A stretch of 63,575 bases of DNA, filler included, from an uncultured virus (IMG/VR IMGVR_UViG_2049941000_000092) (5 parts of one record of this genome joined end to end with filler, not necessarily neighbours in it); one strand, 5' to 3'. Counted from the first letter of the whole stretch, positions 9,312-21,143 are shown. Numbers and translations: made by a program. Notes: generated from the sequence alone by a model not told the origin.

Positions 9312-9366
9312 GCTTTCGCCTACTTGGGCATCGTTTCGCTAGAATTTCACTAGCTCATCAGCGGTC
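9312..9366 (-). ncRNA. hammerhead ribozyme-like core, 3' part lost in gap
   Basis: GACCG-CTGATGA-GCTAG(TGAAATT)CTAGC-GAAAC-GATGC: exact CUGAUGA / stem II / GAAA core. Confidence 0.6.
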
Positions 9367-9516
9367 TTTTACAAACTCACAATAAGCTATAAACATAATA
9401 CCAGTCCTTGTAAGGAGAGGATGTTTCTTAATAACTATTTTGTGTTTGACTCCGTTTATAAGAACGTGTTTTGTATCAACGAAGTCTATCTTATCTCCAA
9501 CTTTCAAATCTACCAT
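9358..9516 (-). CDS. small hypothetical protein (52 aa) ending in TGA
   Basis: MVDLKVGDKIDFVDTKHVLINGVKHKIVIKKHPLLTRTGIMFIAYCEFVKDR; the TGA lies inside the hammerhead core. Confidence 0.45.
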   Translation of the reverse strand: MVDLKVGDKIDFVDTKHVLINGVKHKIVIKKHPLLTRTGIMFIAYCEFVKDR

Positions 9517-9590
9517 ATGAATTGAGAGAATCGGGAGTTACTTTACGATTTCAAACTTGTGAACAAATCGCATCCACGTTNNNNNNNNNN

Positions 9591-10251
9591 CTGGTATATG
9601 CTAACATTAGAAGGTATATGAATAAGGACACTAAATGCTGCTGACCATCGCTGAACACAGTTGCCACGGCATGTGATTGTTCTGTCCCCACGATTAGGAC
9701 GAGTATTAAGAGATTACATAAAGAGGGTTTGATTGAGATCATTAAGAGGAAAGGCCAGTCAGACATGTATCGTTTCAAGGAATTGCTCAAGAATTTCGAA
9801 CGGTTTACTCCGGAATTCCTTGATAATAAGAAGATAACTCCCGANNNNNNNNNNNNNNNNNNNNNNNNNNNNNNNNNNNNNNNNNNNNNNAAGGCCTATT
9901 TAATAGGCCTGCACTCGCAATCTTTTAAAAGCGAGGATTACGCAGTTACCACATACTCCAATCAGGAGATTGCAAACAATCTGAACATCCCGTTAAGAAC
10001 CGTTCAGAACTATAATAAGTCTCTGCAGGAGAAGGAGATTATGACTGAGATAGCCACTTCCTTGACGGATGACGCTGGTTTCAACATTCCTGCCAAGGCG
10101 GTTGATATGCATAAGATTGGACAGGCCATTCTTTACATTAATAAAAGGGTTGATAATCATGAGGACAGAATCACCAATCTGGAACGCATGTTGGAAATGG
10201 CTCTTCGGGAGAATAAGAACTTAAAGAAGGAGAATGAATTATTGAAGGTTA
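9591..10251 (+). CDS. winged-helix/HTH (HTH_36-like) DNA-binding protein, partial, code 4
   Basis: LVYANIRRYMNKDTKCC[TGA=W]PSLNTVATACDCSVPTIRTSIKRL; second HTH YSNQEIANNLNIPLRTVQNYNKSL; C-terminal coiled coil. Confidence 0.75.
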
Positions 10252-10287
10252 NNNNNNNNNNNNNNNNNNNNNNNNNNNNNNAATTAT

Positions 10288-10319
10288 TTTGTTTTTGTCA
10301 ATTTTTTTCACTATATTTG
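10288..10319 (+). promoter_or_regulatory. Bacteroidota sigma-A promoter (-33/-7)
   Basis: TTTG-N20-TATATTTG upstream of 10342. Confidence 0.75.
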
Positions 10320-10341
10320 CGCGAACTATAAATACCTTGAT

Positions 10342-13300
10342 ATGAACTATAAAACTGACAACAAGATAATAAAACTGCAACGGGCGGGCAAGGTACCCGA
10401 AGTGGAGCCTGTCCAAACGCAGAGAGACAATACATCAGTCAAGATTTTCCCTATCGATACTGGCCAGAGACGTATAAAATTCAAGAATGATAAACAATCG
10501 GAGGAGATATTGCACGAGATACTTGCCGAAGCAGCCTCCAAATCCGATGGTCGTGCCAGTGGAAAATTCAATAAAGATTTACCGCTCCAGACGGAACATC
10601 CAGAACTGGCGGTATTATTTGCTCCCGAATTCACGACATATGGTGCGTTAGGCGGCGCTGCCAGGATTGCTGGTGGCTTGGCCGCCAGTAATGTTGCGTC
10701 CAATGCTCTGGGTAAAGCCGGAGATTGAGTAGATAGTAAGCTTGCCAGTAATTTTGTCGGTCCGACGATGCGTATCGCCGGAGGACTTGGTGGTTATGTA
10801 CTAGGCTCTGGTGCTGTAAATCCCCTGTTAAGATCTGCCGCCGGAAATGGTATTACAATGGGAATACCAAAAGAAACGTTTTCCGATTTGAGAGGGCAGT
10901 ACTTTAATAAAGTGTATAATAAGGCTCCGAAACCCGCTGACAATAAGTACATTGACCGTACAATAGATCATCTGTTCATGGAAAATCCTGAACTTAGAAA
11001 GATTGGATCGAAACAGATGTATAGACAGTATTATGATACTGTTTTTCCTGCGTCTAAGGTACAGATACCATATGCACATGGTACGAATTCCGATTTGTCG
11101 GAAGGTTTGTCCAAATCAACAAAACAAATAAACACAGGTGCTCCGGAAACACTAGGACGTAACGATATGTATTTCAATCTACAGCCAGAAACGTCGCTGC
11201 AATATGTTGACGGAATCGGAATTCCTTTTGGACATTGGAATAAACGAGTGTATTGACCGCTGAAAGAAATCCTTGGTAAACCATATACATCGGACGCCTG
11301 GAAAACTCAACCAATTACTTCTGCGACATTGCGGGAAAAGATTCCGAACAGAGCTGGAAAGTTCACAAGAGATACTGGCGGGACCAACGGCAAATGGTTA
11401 TCCGAATATAAGGCTGAATTTGGAGCTGGAGATAAATCAAATGCAGATTTCTTGAAACAGCTTGGTGTACGGGAAGGGGAAACATTCAATGACTTTGTCA
11501 ACAGGAACAGGAAGATATTCTCTGATATATACAATTCCGGAAAATATAACGGATTGTATCATGTAAAAGTAGATGCTTCTAAACCTCTTAAAATCAATGG
11601 TGGGAACACGTATTATTCCGAAAGAGGTATATGAGATTTAATGAAAAAGAAGGGAGCTGATGTACTGTTACACAATAACGCCGATAATGAATTTGGTTCG
11701 GATGTACTGGTTGTTCCCGATGTAAATCCAGAGCGAATCCAAATCCTGGGAAGTAAACCCGATGTGGAAAAGTTCAAAGATTTCGTTGGGGGACATTTTC
11801 AGTATAATGAGCCGGGCATCNNNNNNNNNNNNNNNNNNNNNNNNNNNNNNNNNNNNNNNNNNNNNNNNNNNNNNNNNNNNNNNNNNNNNNNNNNNNNNNN
11901 NNNNNNNNNNNNNNNNNNNNNNNNNNNNNNNNNNNNNNNNNNNNNNNNNNNNNNNNNNNNNNNNNNNNNNNNNNNNNNNNNNNNNNNNNNNNNNNNNNNN
12001 NNNNNNNNNNNNNNNNNNNNNNNNNNNNNNNNNNNNNNNNNNNNNNNNNNNNNNNNNNNNNNNNNNNNNNNNNNNNNNNNNNNNNNNNNNNNNNNNNNNN
12101 NNNNNNNNNNNNNNNNNNNNNNNNNNNNNNNNNNNAAATATTTCGGACTCCGAATTTAATGATTTGATTGACATAACATATAACACGTTCCCTAATAAGA
12201 CGTTCGATGCTGCAGGATTAAATAGTAAAATAATTGGATTTTATGATAAGAACGCGGCTACGGGTAAAGACTATGTTGCCATTAAGGGCTCTGAAAATCC
12301 AGAAGATGTTATTCCGCATGAACTGAGACATCTTGTAGATCAACATTTACCATTAACTGNNNNNNNNNNGAGAAAATAGTGGAATCGATTGAGAACGCAA
12401 GTGGATATGGAAAGAGATTTGTAGAATCTTTAAGAAACAAGAATTTGTTAACTCCCGAAAGAATAAAATCGTTTAGAGAAGCTATGAAATATGTTGGTGC
12501 CGCAGCTCCTATAGGACTAGGTACAGCTACGATTTCTAAGGAAAAGCGAGGCGGAATCCTAAAAGGACAGGAAGGCCTTTCCGTTAGAAAACAGAACATG
12601 ATTAAAGAAGGTGAGGATTGGCTAACTCATTGATTGATTAACAGAAAGGGTTTGCTCGANNNNNNNNNNNNNNNNNNNNNNNNNNNNNNNNNNNNNNNNN
12701 NNNNNNNNNNNATCTAAATACTCATCTCACGACGGAAACGGATCCTACGGGTTATGTATATAGTACCTATTATCCCAGTTTAAACGAGGAATTGTCCAGA
12801 CAACTATCCCAATTATACAGAACAAGCTATAAAGATACTGGATATAGTTCATTCAGATCCGGTTCTACTGGAAATGTAAGACATGTTGAATCGGAGGATC
12901 AATTGAATTGATGGTCTGGTTTATCCTATATCGCTCCAAACGGCAGAACAGACATACAACGCCCTCCTAGATATAGAGACAATCCTGAAATTAAAATATA
13001 TAAAGGTAACTGACATCCGGGCACTATCCTTCACGAACAAAGTCACGCTCTCGGTGGTGCGCCACAGGAAGTGCAGATACGTGACTTTATGAAAAATGGA
13101 GACTATCTGTCGAAGAATGCTTTCCCAACGGACCGTGCCGATTATTGGGATCATCCCACCGAAATTTATTCGAGGAGAAATGAGATATTAAAACAATTCG
13201 GAAAATCTCCGCAATATAAGTATTCTAAGGACGACCTTGATGTAATGCGAAGAACTGTTAAAGATAAAGATAGTCTGAAAGTAATGTTTTTGGACAGATA

Positions 13301-13415
13301 TACGGATGATTTTCTATTACATCTATTTAATGATGTGGCCTCTAATTTTAGTAGGACGGTTACACCCGATATGATCAGAAATGGCGGTAGATTTAAGAAC
13401 CCATTACATAAATAA
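10342..13415 (+). CDS. large polyvalent-type protein (ART-like plus zincin HExxH domains); gapped, may be more than one gene; code 4
   Basis: 10342..11820 is continuous if TGA=W (10726, 11254, 11632); YAHGT..MYFN..QILGSKPDVEKFKDFV; HELRH (~12316); HEQSH..EIYSR (~13031). Confidence 0.7.
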
Positions 13416-13418
13416 AAC

Positions 13419-13452
13419 AAAAAATCCCGGGCATTGCTGCTCGGGATTTTTT
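13419..13452. terminator. bidirectional intrinsic terminator
   Basis: AAAAATCCCGGGCA-TTGC-TGCTCGGGATTTTTT between convergent genes. Confidence 0.85.
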
Positions 13453-13453
13453 A

Positions 13454-15691
13454 TTATCTATAGTCGGCTTTGTGCGCCCATATTCATCTCACGAAATCTT
13501 GCATTCCTTTCGGCAACTTTGAAAGATCTTCTCCGGGTTCGTACATAGTTAACGCCCAGTGTGTAGATGGGGCACTGAATCATGTATATCCCAGTCTTCT
13601 TTGTAAGTCTGTAGCCATACCATCATACCTAACCGGATCCGCACCGGTTTTTAATCCTTCAATCTGTTCTAATCTATGAACATCTTCAAGAGACGGACGT
13701 TCCGCATTCTGGTCTACAAAATCGAAATGCATTTGCTGAATTTTATCAGACACATCTGTTTCAGCCTTATGTAATTTATAGTATTCTTCATCCGGAAGCC
13801 AATCGTGTTCGGCAAGATATTTATCAGCAACACCATTCTTCGCGTTATATTCTCTAAGCAACGCTTCCAGTTCCTCCGAGAACTTCGAATCTACACCGTG
13901 CTGTGTGTAATAATCGTGTACCGCTCTATCTCCAGTAAAGACTTTTGCGCCCTTCGTACTGAAACGCAAACCATTATAGTTCGGGAAGAACGTATCCATT
14001 GGTTCCAGATTTATCGGTGCGGCAACTTTTCGAAGATTCCCATACGGGAATAAGAGGGTGGTGGATGCTGAATCTCAACTACCGCCGCTGTTTCCAGTTA
14101 CAGGTTCGTTTATGGTAAAGTGAACCGAAGCAAGACGTTTCGATACTTCTGGTGATTCGAGAGCGAAACTGTCGCCTTCAATCGGCAAGTATGAATTCGA
14201 CCTATTGATTAACGATATCGGAATGTGATGTCTTGGTGCCGGTTGATTTCTCTCACCTCTAGGTGTTCCGGCTAATTCAGCATCGCTTATCGGTCTGCTC
14301 ATTACTTTCGCCCGCGGATCTCAGTGATATGTTGTCGCCGCTTCTTGTGGTGTAGGTTCGAATTCCTTGGGAACCACATACTTCATCCAACCAAACGTTT
14401 TGGTTAGTGGATTGTATTGCATCTGTACGGTATTTAGCTTCGGATCTGCTAAGTCCACTGCACCTGTCAATCGAGTTGGATAGTCTGAATTGACGTTTCC
14501 GATTGCTGATTTGGACGGGACCACATCGTTTATTCGAGTGGTAATTTCACCTTTCGACCAGAACGGATTGTTTCTCTGCCATCATAGAAAATCTTGATCG
14601 ACACGGCGTAACGGATCCGGACGAGGCTTCATTACAGTACCATCCATATTTGGCGGGCCTATGTGTACTAAGGTAGGATCTTTTCCTTCGGTTTTGAACT
14701 TACCGAGATAGTATCTGATATTGCTGTTTCTTGGATATTCCAGATATTCGGTACCATCGACTGTTCTGTGCATAACGCCTTGTATTACAGGTCTGCCGTA
14801 ACTATAACCTTGTCCATCAGGAGCGGCATAGAACGTCTTACGTAACGACTTGTTTATAGGCTTCGATGTATCGTAGAAGTCAATATATCCTGTTTCTGGA
14901 GTACTGCTCGGAGCTATTTGTAAATCCTTGAGTATCTCTGGATCACCAAGTTGAATTCTATCACCTAATCACCGACTTGCAGAAGCTTTAGCTTCATCCA
15001 TTGTTATCGGTTCCGATAAATCGACTGACGGTTTGTTTTTGAACGCGTTCTCATAAACATCATAGTTGGAATAGTTCTCCCAGCCCTTGTTAGGAGTCTG
15101 GATTTTTGCCCTTCCTGCAGTATTATTAAGATATTGTGTCCTTAAGTTATTGAATTCCATATTGCTGGCGGGAAGATTGACTCCCTTTCCGGCAGCTCAC
15201 TGCAAACTTTTCTTTGCTCCAGAAGCACCAAGTATTACTCCGGACAACGTTCCTAGTTTCTGGAAATCCAGGAACGGATTGGATGTTCCCAATTTATTAT
15301 CTACTCATTTTCCAGCCTGATTCAGTCCTTCCGCACCTACAGCACCACCGACAAGTTCTCCAGCGGTAGTCAGATATTTCTTTGCCTTCAGGCCTTTTAG
15401 GAGTCAGTTTCCACCGGCAAGCATAAGACCTTTGTCGGCAGCTCATTTAAGTGTGTTTAATGCACGTACGGCTTCCTGTCCTTTGGCAGTGTCCTGTGCT
15501 CATCATGTCAGAGCGTTTCGTTTCTTACCATCGCCTTGGGTAATATAGCCCAAAGAGTCCGTGAAGGCTGCCTCTCTTTCTCTTTGGGCCTGTGTTTCCC
15601 ATGCACGACGTATCGAATCTTCAGGATTGGGCATTGTTGTTCACGCATTTTGCAATTTTACGACACCGCCGTCCTTAAACTTGTATTTCAT
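13454..15691 (-). CDS. 745-aa hypothetical protein with 13 in-frame TGA, code 4
   Basis: Gap-free frame with no TAA/TAG joining five track ORFs; MKYKFKDGGVVKLQNA[W]...; HFTINEPVTGNSGGS[W]D motif. Confidence 0.85.
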
Positions 15692-15692
15692 G

Positions 15693-16970
15693 TTATTTTA
15701 CAATTAAACTACCAGGATTCTCACCACCATATAATATACCAAGTCCGCTGAACACATTGGATGGTGTACCAGAAATCTTTTCTGGAACGAATGTTGCAAT
15801 TCTCGGAGCATAGTCATTGGGATAGAATTTCAGGCTTTCTCTTGTAAGGGCTTGCTGATCGACGGTATTTCCGACAGGAGCGTGCCCGCTTATGCTAAAT
15901 ATACCAGTTCCGGGTTGATATGGTCCGACAACACCTGTAGGATTAGGCATCTGCCATCTGTTGAACGATTGCTGTTCGTAGATATGTTTTTCCGGAGTAG
16001 GAACGCGCACAGGCGATTCGACTGGTGGCGGTACGAAGACCGGAGACATAACAGGACGGAATGGTACGGGATTGACCGGTACGGCAGGAATATTCTTATC
16101 CGGCGCAATCCATCTGGTCGCATTTCCAGAAGACTGGTTACCAAACGTACCTTTAGCGCTAGCGTTCGGTTGGTATCCGCCAACATGTCCTGCACGAACT
16201 GTGCCAGTTTTACCAACACCTTTTCCACCAGATGTATACACAGTACCGAAAGTTTGATTACCGGGCTGCATTTGTACCTGTCTTTGCATACCAGTGGTAC
16301 GTAAGGCATTCTGCATCATTCCGCGTCCATTCTGAGCCACATACCGTATCCAGTTCGGAAGATTTCTTAATGCAGCACCACCAGCGAGTCCTGTACCAGC
16401 GTCAATCATTATAGATTTTCCAGGGTTCTCCTGCGCATATCGTGTACCCATTACAGGTGTATAATCTAACAAATCTCCAATTCCATATTCATGTCTTCCA
16501 GATGCAGCATCATTTACATATGCCGCGCCTTTTTGCGAAGCAAGAGCGAGACCGTAGCCTATAGGATCTGTCATGGCCAAACCTGTGTTGAGGCCCGCAT
16601 TAAAGATAGTGTGTGCGGCTTTGTCAGTAGTATTTGTAATCATCTTCTGATACACAGCGGTCTTATATACCTTCGGTACCTGATCAAACTTTAACTTACC
16701 TTGTCTTACAGCCAATGCATACTTATTAATCAAATCCTGTCCAGTCTCTCCGAACTCTGTATAGTCCTGAGGTGCCTGTGCAGTAACCATTGACGGTTGC
16801 AATCTGTATGGATCTGATATGTATAACTCTGCGCCAGGATTTATCATTGGCAATTGTTCTCTGGACATAGGGTCGATTCCGTTCCAGTATAACAGGTCAT
16901 TAAGATTGAGGCCGTTATTGTTAGCAATGCTTATCCAGGAATCGCCTTTTCTTACTTTGTATTTTCCCAT
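15693..16970 (-). CDS. LysM-domain protein (425 aa)
   Basis: N-terminal YKVRKGDSWISIANNNGLNLNDLLYWN..INPGAELYI. Confidence 0.85.
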   Translation of the reverse strand: MGKYKVRKGDSWISIANNNGLNLNDLLYWNGIDPMSREQLPMINPGAELYISDPYRLQPSMVTAQAPQDYTEFGETGQDLINKYALAVRQGKLKFDQVPKVYKTAVYQKMITNTTDKAAHTIFNAGLNTGLAMTDPIGYGLALASQKGAAYVNDAASGRHEYGIGDLLDYTPVMGTRYAQENPGKSIMIDAGTGLAGGAALRNLPNWIRYVAQNGRGMMQNALRTTGMQRQVQMQPGNQTFGTVYTSGGKGVGKTGTVRAGHVGGYQPNASAKGTFGNQSSGNATRWIAPDKNIPAVPVNPVPFRPVMSPVFVPPPVESPVRVPTPEKHIYEQQSFNRWQMPNPTGVVGPYQPGTGIFSISGHAPVGNTVDQQALTRESLKFYPNDYAPRIATFVPEKISGTPSNVFSGLGILYGGENPGSLIVK

Positions 16971-17071
16971 TATTTAACATTATTTAATTAATTTAATCCA
17001 GACGCTTATTATAATCCTCTGGAACTCTTCTTTCTTAGTTTATGTCGTTATGATATCCACATAATTTCTTG

Positions 17072-17119
17072 CAAATATAGAAAATATTTTGCATATCTCA
17101 AAATTTTTTTGTATATTCG
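17072..17119. promoter_or_regulatory. overlapping divergent Bacteroidota promoters
   Basis: Minus: TTTG(17102-17099)-N19-TATATTTG(17079-17072); plus: TTTG(17088)-N20-TATATTCG(17112). Confidence 0.7.
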
Positions 17120-17153
17120 CGGCGATATAAAATTTAAATTTAAAACTAATAAC

Positions 17154-17233
17154 ATGAAATATTTTTTAATTGGAATTATTGTCGTTTTGTGCCTGATAAT
17201 CAGCATCATGGCTATCAAGTGGCCCAAAACTAT
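17154..17233 (+). CDS. small membrane peptide, partial
   Basis: MKYFLIGIIVVLCLIISIMAIKWPKT running into a gap. Confidence 0.5.
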
Positions 17234-17285
17234 NNNNNNNNNNGTTTAGAAAATGGAAATGTTAAACTAAAAATTGTAAAGTAAT

Positions 17286-18562
17286 ATGCCGGAATGATTA
17301 AAACGTCTTCTTGGAGAGAAATCACAAGAACAAATCGGTAATGAAGTAGCTAGAGAAATTTTGGACCAAAATAAAGCGGCACAAGCATATGCAGGGAAGC
17401 CACAAGGTGACCCCTTAGTAGATGAACATCCTGGCTATTATCTGGCTTTTGGTGCCGCACAGCCCGGCGGTATACTAACCAAGGCGATGGCTCCCTATGT
17501 ATATAAGAATGTGGTTTCCGGTCTGCAAAATGGAGAAAGTGCGTTAGAAGCATTTGCTCCCGGATTTAAGAAAATTAAAACCTTTGGAGAATTAGGGGAT
17601 TTAAAAAAGCGAATGGAATTTGCGGAAGGCATCAATAAACCTGTCGACGCTTCCAAAAATGTAAGGCAGGGAAAAAGACCCAGAGTTAAAGCGACGACTG
17701 AAGAACCACCAACAGCGGTTAAGACTTTCACACAAGATGTTGTGGTTCCAGAGCATACAGAATTTAAACCGTATTATATAAAAAGCGGAGAACCAGTTAG
17801 TTTATCGGCCAAACAGCAAGCACAGAAAGCAGCGGATGTAAAAACCAACCAGATCTATTTGGCCAGATACCTGCAAAGATTGGCTAATGAACGGGGAATT
17901 AATACTACAGCCAGACAAGATCGGAAGAGCGTCGTGTAGGGAAAGAGTGTAGATCTCNNNNNNNNNNAAATCCTGCCGCATCCGCACCGCCCGCTTTGGG
18001 TCCCGGAATGGTTCCATATAGAACAGGATATACAAGAGGTGTACCTGTAACGATAGTGGATCCTCAAACACATATTTCCAAGACTGTGTATCAAGGTGGT
18101 GAGCAGAAGATGTTTATGGGAGAACCCCTTGTCGACTGAATGGAAGCTGCAGATAAACAGTTTGGTCCGCACTCTACCGTACTACAGTTAGAAAAGCCGT
18201 TGAAAGCTGCAAATAATTACTGGGAGGCTTCTAAAGGTTCCCAGTTAGGCAAATGGACCGCCGGTTCCGCCAATATCCAAATGTTGAGCGAAGGATTGGA
18301 AAATGCGGCAAGTCTGATTAAGAAGGCGGGTGGTGTTCTGTCTGCTAAATCCGGAATTCACATCAAGAAGGAGAACCGTGGTAAATTTACAGATTATTGT
18401 GGTGGAAAAGTCACTTCCGAATGCATTGCTCGTGGTAAGAATTCTTCCAATCCAGCAATACGCAAGAGAGCAACTTTTGCCGCCAATGCAAGAAAATGGA
18501 AACATGAGAATGGTGGAGTCATTATCCCCAATTGAGTATACGAATTAATTAGAAATAAGTAA
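17286..18562 (+). CDS. crAss-type protein with IHIKKENRGKFT..RKRATFAANARKWKH motif; gapped; code 4
   Basis: MPE[W]LKRLLG start; C-terminal motif typical of crAss-like phages; interrupted by adapter and gap at 17918-17967. Confidence 0.7.
17918..17957 (+). other. Illumina TruSeq adapter contamination
   Basis: AGATCGGAAGAGCGTCGTGTAGGGAAAGAGTGTAGATCTC. Confidence 0.98.
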
Positions 18563-18563
18563 A

Positions 18564-20061
18564 ATGTGAGACGAACTTGATTACACAAAAATAAATCCTA
18601 AAGCTACCAAGGTATTCGAATACATAAATTCGGAATTACAAAAAGCTGGATATGGTGTATATCAAAGGGCCGCGATCTTAGGAAACATACAACGTGAATC
18701 TAGTGGAAATCCACTCGCTATCAGTTCAAACGGATTATGGCACGGCCTAATTCAATGAGATTCGGATAGATATAGGATTGGAAGCAATGATAGAAACGCC
18801 GAACTCAAAAGACAAACAGCGGTATTATTGAACGAACTGGAAAAGAAGGGCTGGAGCGGTCGTACTTGGCGGGACCAAGTTGCGAATTCAGACGCTTTCA
18901 AACAGGCTGANNNNNNNNNNNNNNNNNNNNNNNNNNNNNNNNNNNNNNNNNNNNNNNNNNNNNNNNNNNNNNNNNNNNNNNNNNNNNNNNNNNNNNNNNN
19001 NNNNNNNNNNNNNNNNNNNNNNNNNNNNNNNNNNNNNNNNNNNNNNNNNNNNNNNNNNNNNNNNNNNNNNNNNNNNNNNNNNNNNNNNNNNNNNNNNNNN
19101 NNNNNNNNNNNNNNNNNNNNNNNNNNNNNNNNNNNNNNNNNNNNNNNNNNNNNNNNNNNNNNNNNNNNNNNNNNNNNNNNNNNNNNNNNNNNNNNNNNNN
19201 NNNNNNNNNNNNNNNNNNNNNNNNNNNNNNNNNNNNNNNNNNNNNNNNNNNNNNNNNNNNNAAGAGCTGTAGAAATCTTTACTCGTAGGTTCGCACGTCC
19301 GGCGAACGTGGACTCTGAAATTCAGAAGCGTTTGGAATATGCCAAGTTGGGAATGGTTCCAATCCCAGAAGATCCGGAATATGATACGAAAGCTGCTATA
19401 AGGGAACTTCCTCCGGAATTGATCGATGCTTGAAGACAAGATCCTGAAAAAAATCATCTGCCGAGTGGATATACGGACGAAAAAGGAGACTGGCATNNNN
19501 NNNNNNAAAGGATTTTATGCAAATGGAGGAAGTTTAGTTTATAACATGTTTGATGCAAGTACATCACCATCAACGGAACTTCCCGATGAAACTCCACCGT
19601 TGGTATTTGAAAAGATGGATTCTTTTCCTGTCGAATCCGTATCAGCGTGGGATGTTGACGATTTTAGTAGAAATTGACATTATACAGTTCCTGAACAAAA
19701 AGATAGAGGCGCTGTTGAACTTAAACAGCAAAACATGGACTTAGGTAATATGAAGGAACTTATCGATCTTATGGCCGAAGAAGGAATTTCGTTCAGAATC
19801 ACTTCTGTGTCTAGACCTGGTGCGAGAACAAGTACCGGTAAGGTTTCTCACCATGCGCACGGTAATGCAATGGATATCACGCCATTGGCAGGACAGTCAT
19901 GGGATGAACTGCTTTCCAAGATATATGGTAGTCCAAGAGTATGTGCTTATCTGAGGGAACATAGATGAGGCATACTCGATGAAAGAAGTAAAGAGATGCA
20001 AAGACGAACTGGAGCTACGGGTGCTCATTTGCACATTGGCCCAGACGGCAAAACGATTTAA
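18564..20061 (+). CDS. virion peptidoglycan hydrolase: phage tail lysozyme plus M15-like peptidase; gapped; code 4
   Basis: AAILGNIQRESSGNP..GLIQ[TGA=W]..FTRRFARP; then ITSVSR..SHHAHGNAMDI..HLHIG. Confidence 0.8.
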
Positions 20062-20073
20062 TAAGAACTATAT

Positions 20074-21125
20074 ATGGAATTTAAAAAGAAAACAATCATC
20101 TGGGAAGATAATAACGAACCACCGAAAAATTACATCTGGGTAAAATCGGATGGTAAGATGTATGAGTATAGTTATATAGAAAAGGCCTGAGTTGAATCTG
20201 GAGCTGTATCAGGTAATACTAATAACGAAGAAAATAGTGGCGAAGGAAATAACGACAATGAAGGCGCGGAAGGTAAGGAAGTAGGTATCGATTACGATTT
20301 CCTAATGGAAGCCAAGAGACTTATAGAAAACTCTTTCAATCATACATTTACTTCGGACGATGTTTATCCGGTTGACCAAACTAGTTACGAACCGGGGGAA
20401 GAAAATGTTGTTACTTTAGGAGATAAAGACACCGCTGAATATATGACCTGAGCTTACGATGCAGATACAAACACACCATATATTATATATCTTAAGAATA
20501 AAGAATTAATTCTGCTCTCACAAATGATAGGTCCGTACGACACTTCTGTTGGTTGAGTTGACTTGGGACTACCATCAGGTAATTTATGGGCAGATATGAA
20601 TGTTGGTGCGAAGGTTTCTACAGCCAGTGGCCCATTTTTCTATTTTGGTATATGCAACCCTATAAACGAGTATTCTACAACTGGAGCAAATGCATTATGG
20701 CCAAATCCAGATGTGCTATACGCGGAGATGTTTGGGGCTCCACAAAAGNNNNNNNNNNTTTCGAAGAACTGATTAGTGGAACGATACAAACCGTTGAAAC
20801 AATAGACAACGTGGAGGGTATATTATTTACATCCAAAGTTAATTCAAATTCCATCTTCATACCATTATTAGGATATTATGAACCAACTGGAGCAACTGGC
20901 GACGAATTTAGAAGCAATGGTACAAGACTTCATACGGCTACAGAAGATGGACAATATGTATATTATGTACAGCTTAGAGTTGAACAAGGTGAACCTGAGA
21001 TTGGTATAAATTTAGGATATACAAATGGCGCATGTACTGTTAGACCATGTAAACATACTTCTTCGGTTGTTTGGCCATGAACCATAAGTGCTGCAGACGA
21101 CCCCACCCCGATAAAATCTATGTAA
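20074..21125 (+). CDS. putative adhesin/tail-associated protein with VDLGLPSG domain, code 4
   Basis: G[W]VDLGLPSGNLWADMNVGA..SIFIP..G..VRPC, a Bacteroidota motif. Confidence 0.75.
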
Positions 21126-21143
21126 TAAGACTTTAATTATATT

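Noticed and set aside
9560..9580. 21-nt direct repeat of 7682-7702
   Set aside because: Contig-end overlap showing that 9312-9580 belongs in the 7361-7681 gap
17918..17957. Apparent C-terminus DRKSVV* and a GC-rich insert
   Set aside because: Illumina TruSeq adapter sequence, not biology
20074..21125. Diversity-generating retroelement target
   Set aside because: The domain type is plausible, but I saw no reverse transcriptase or template-repeat copy in the window
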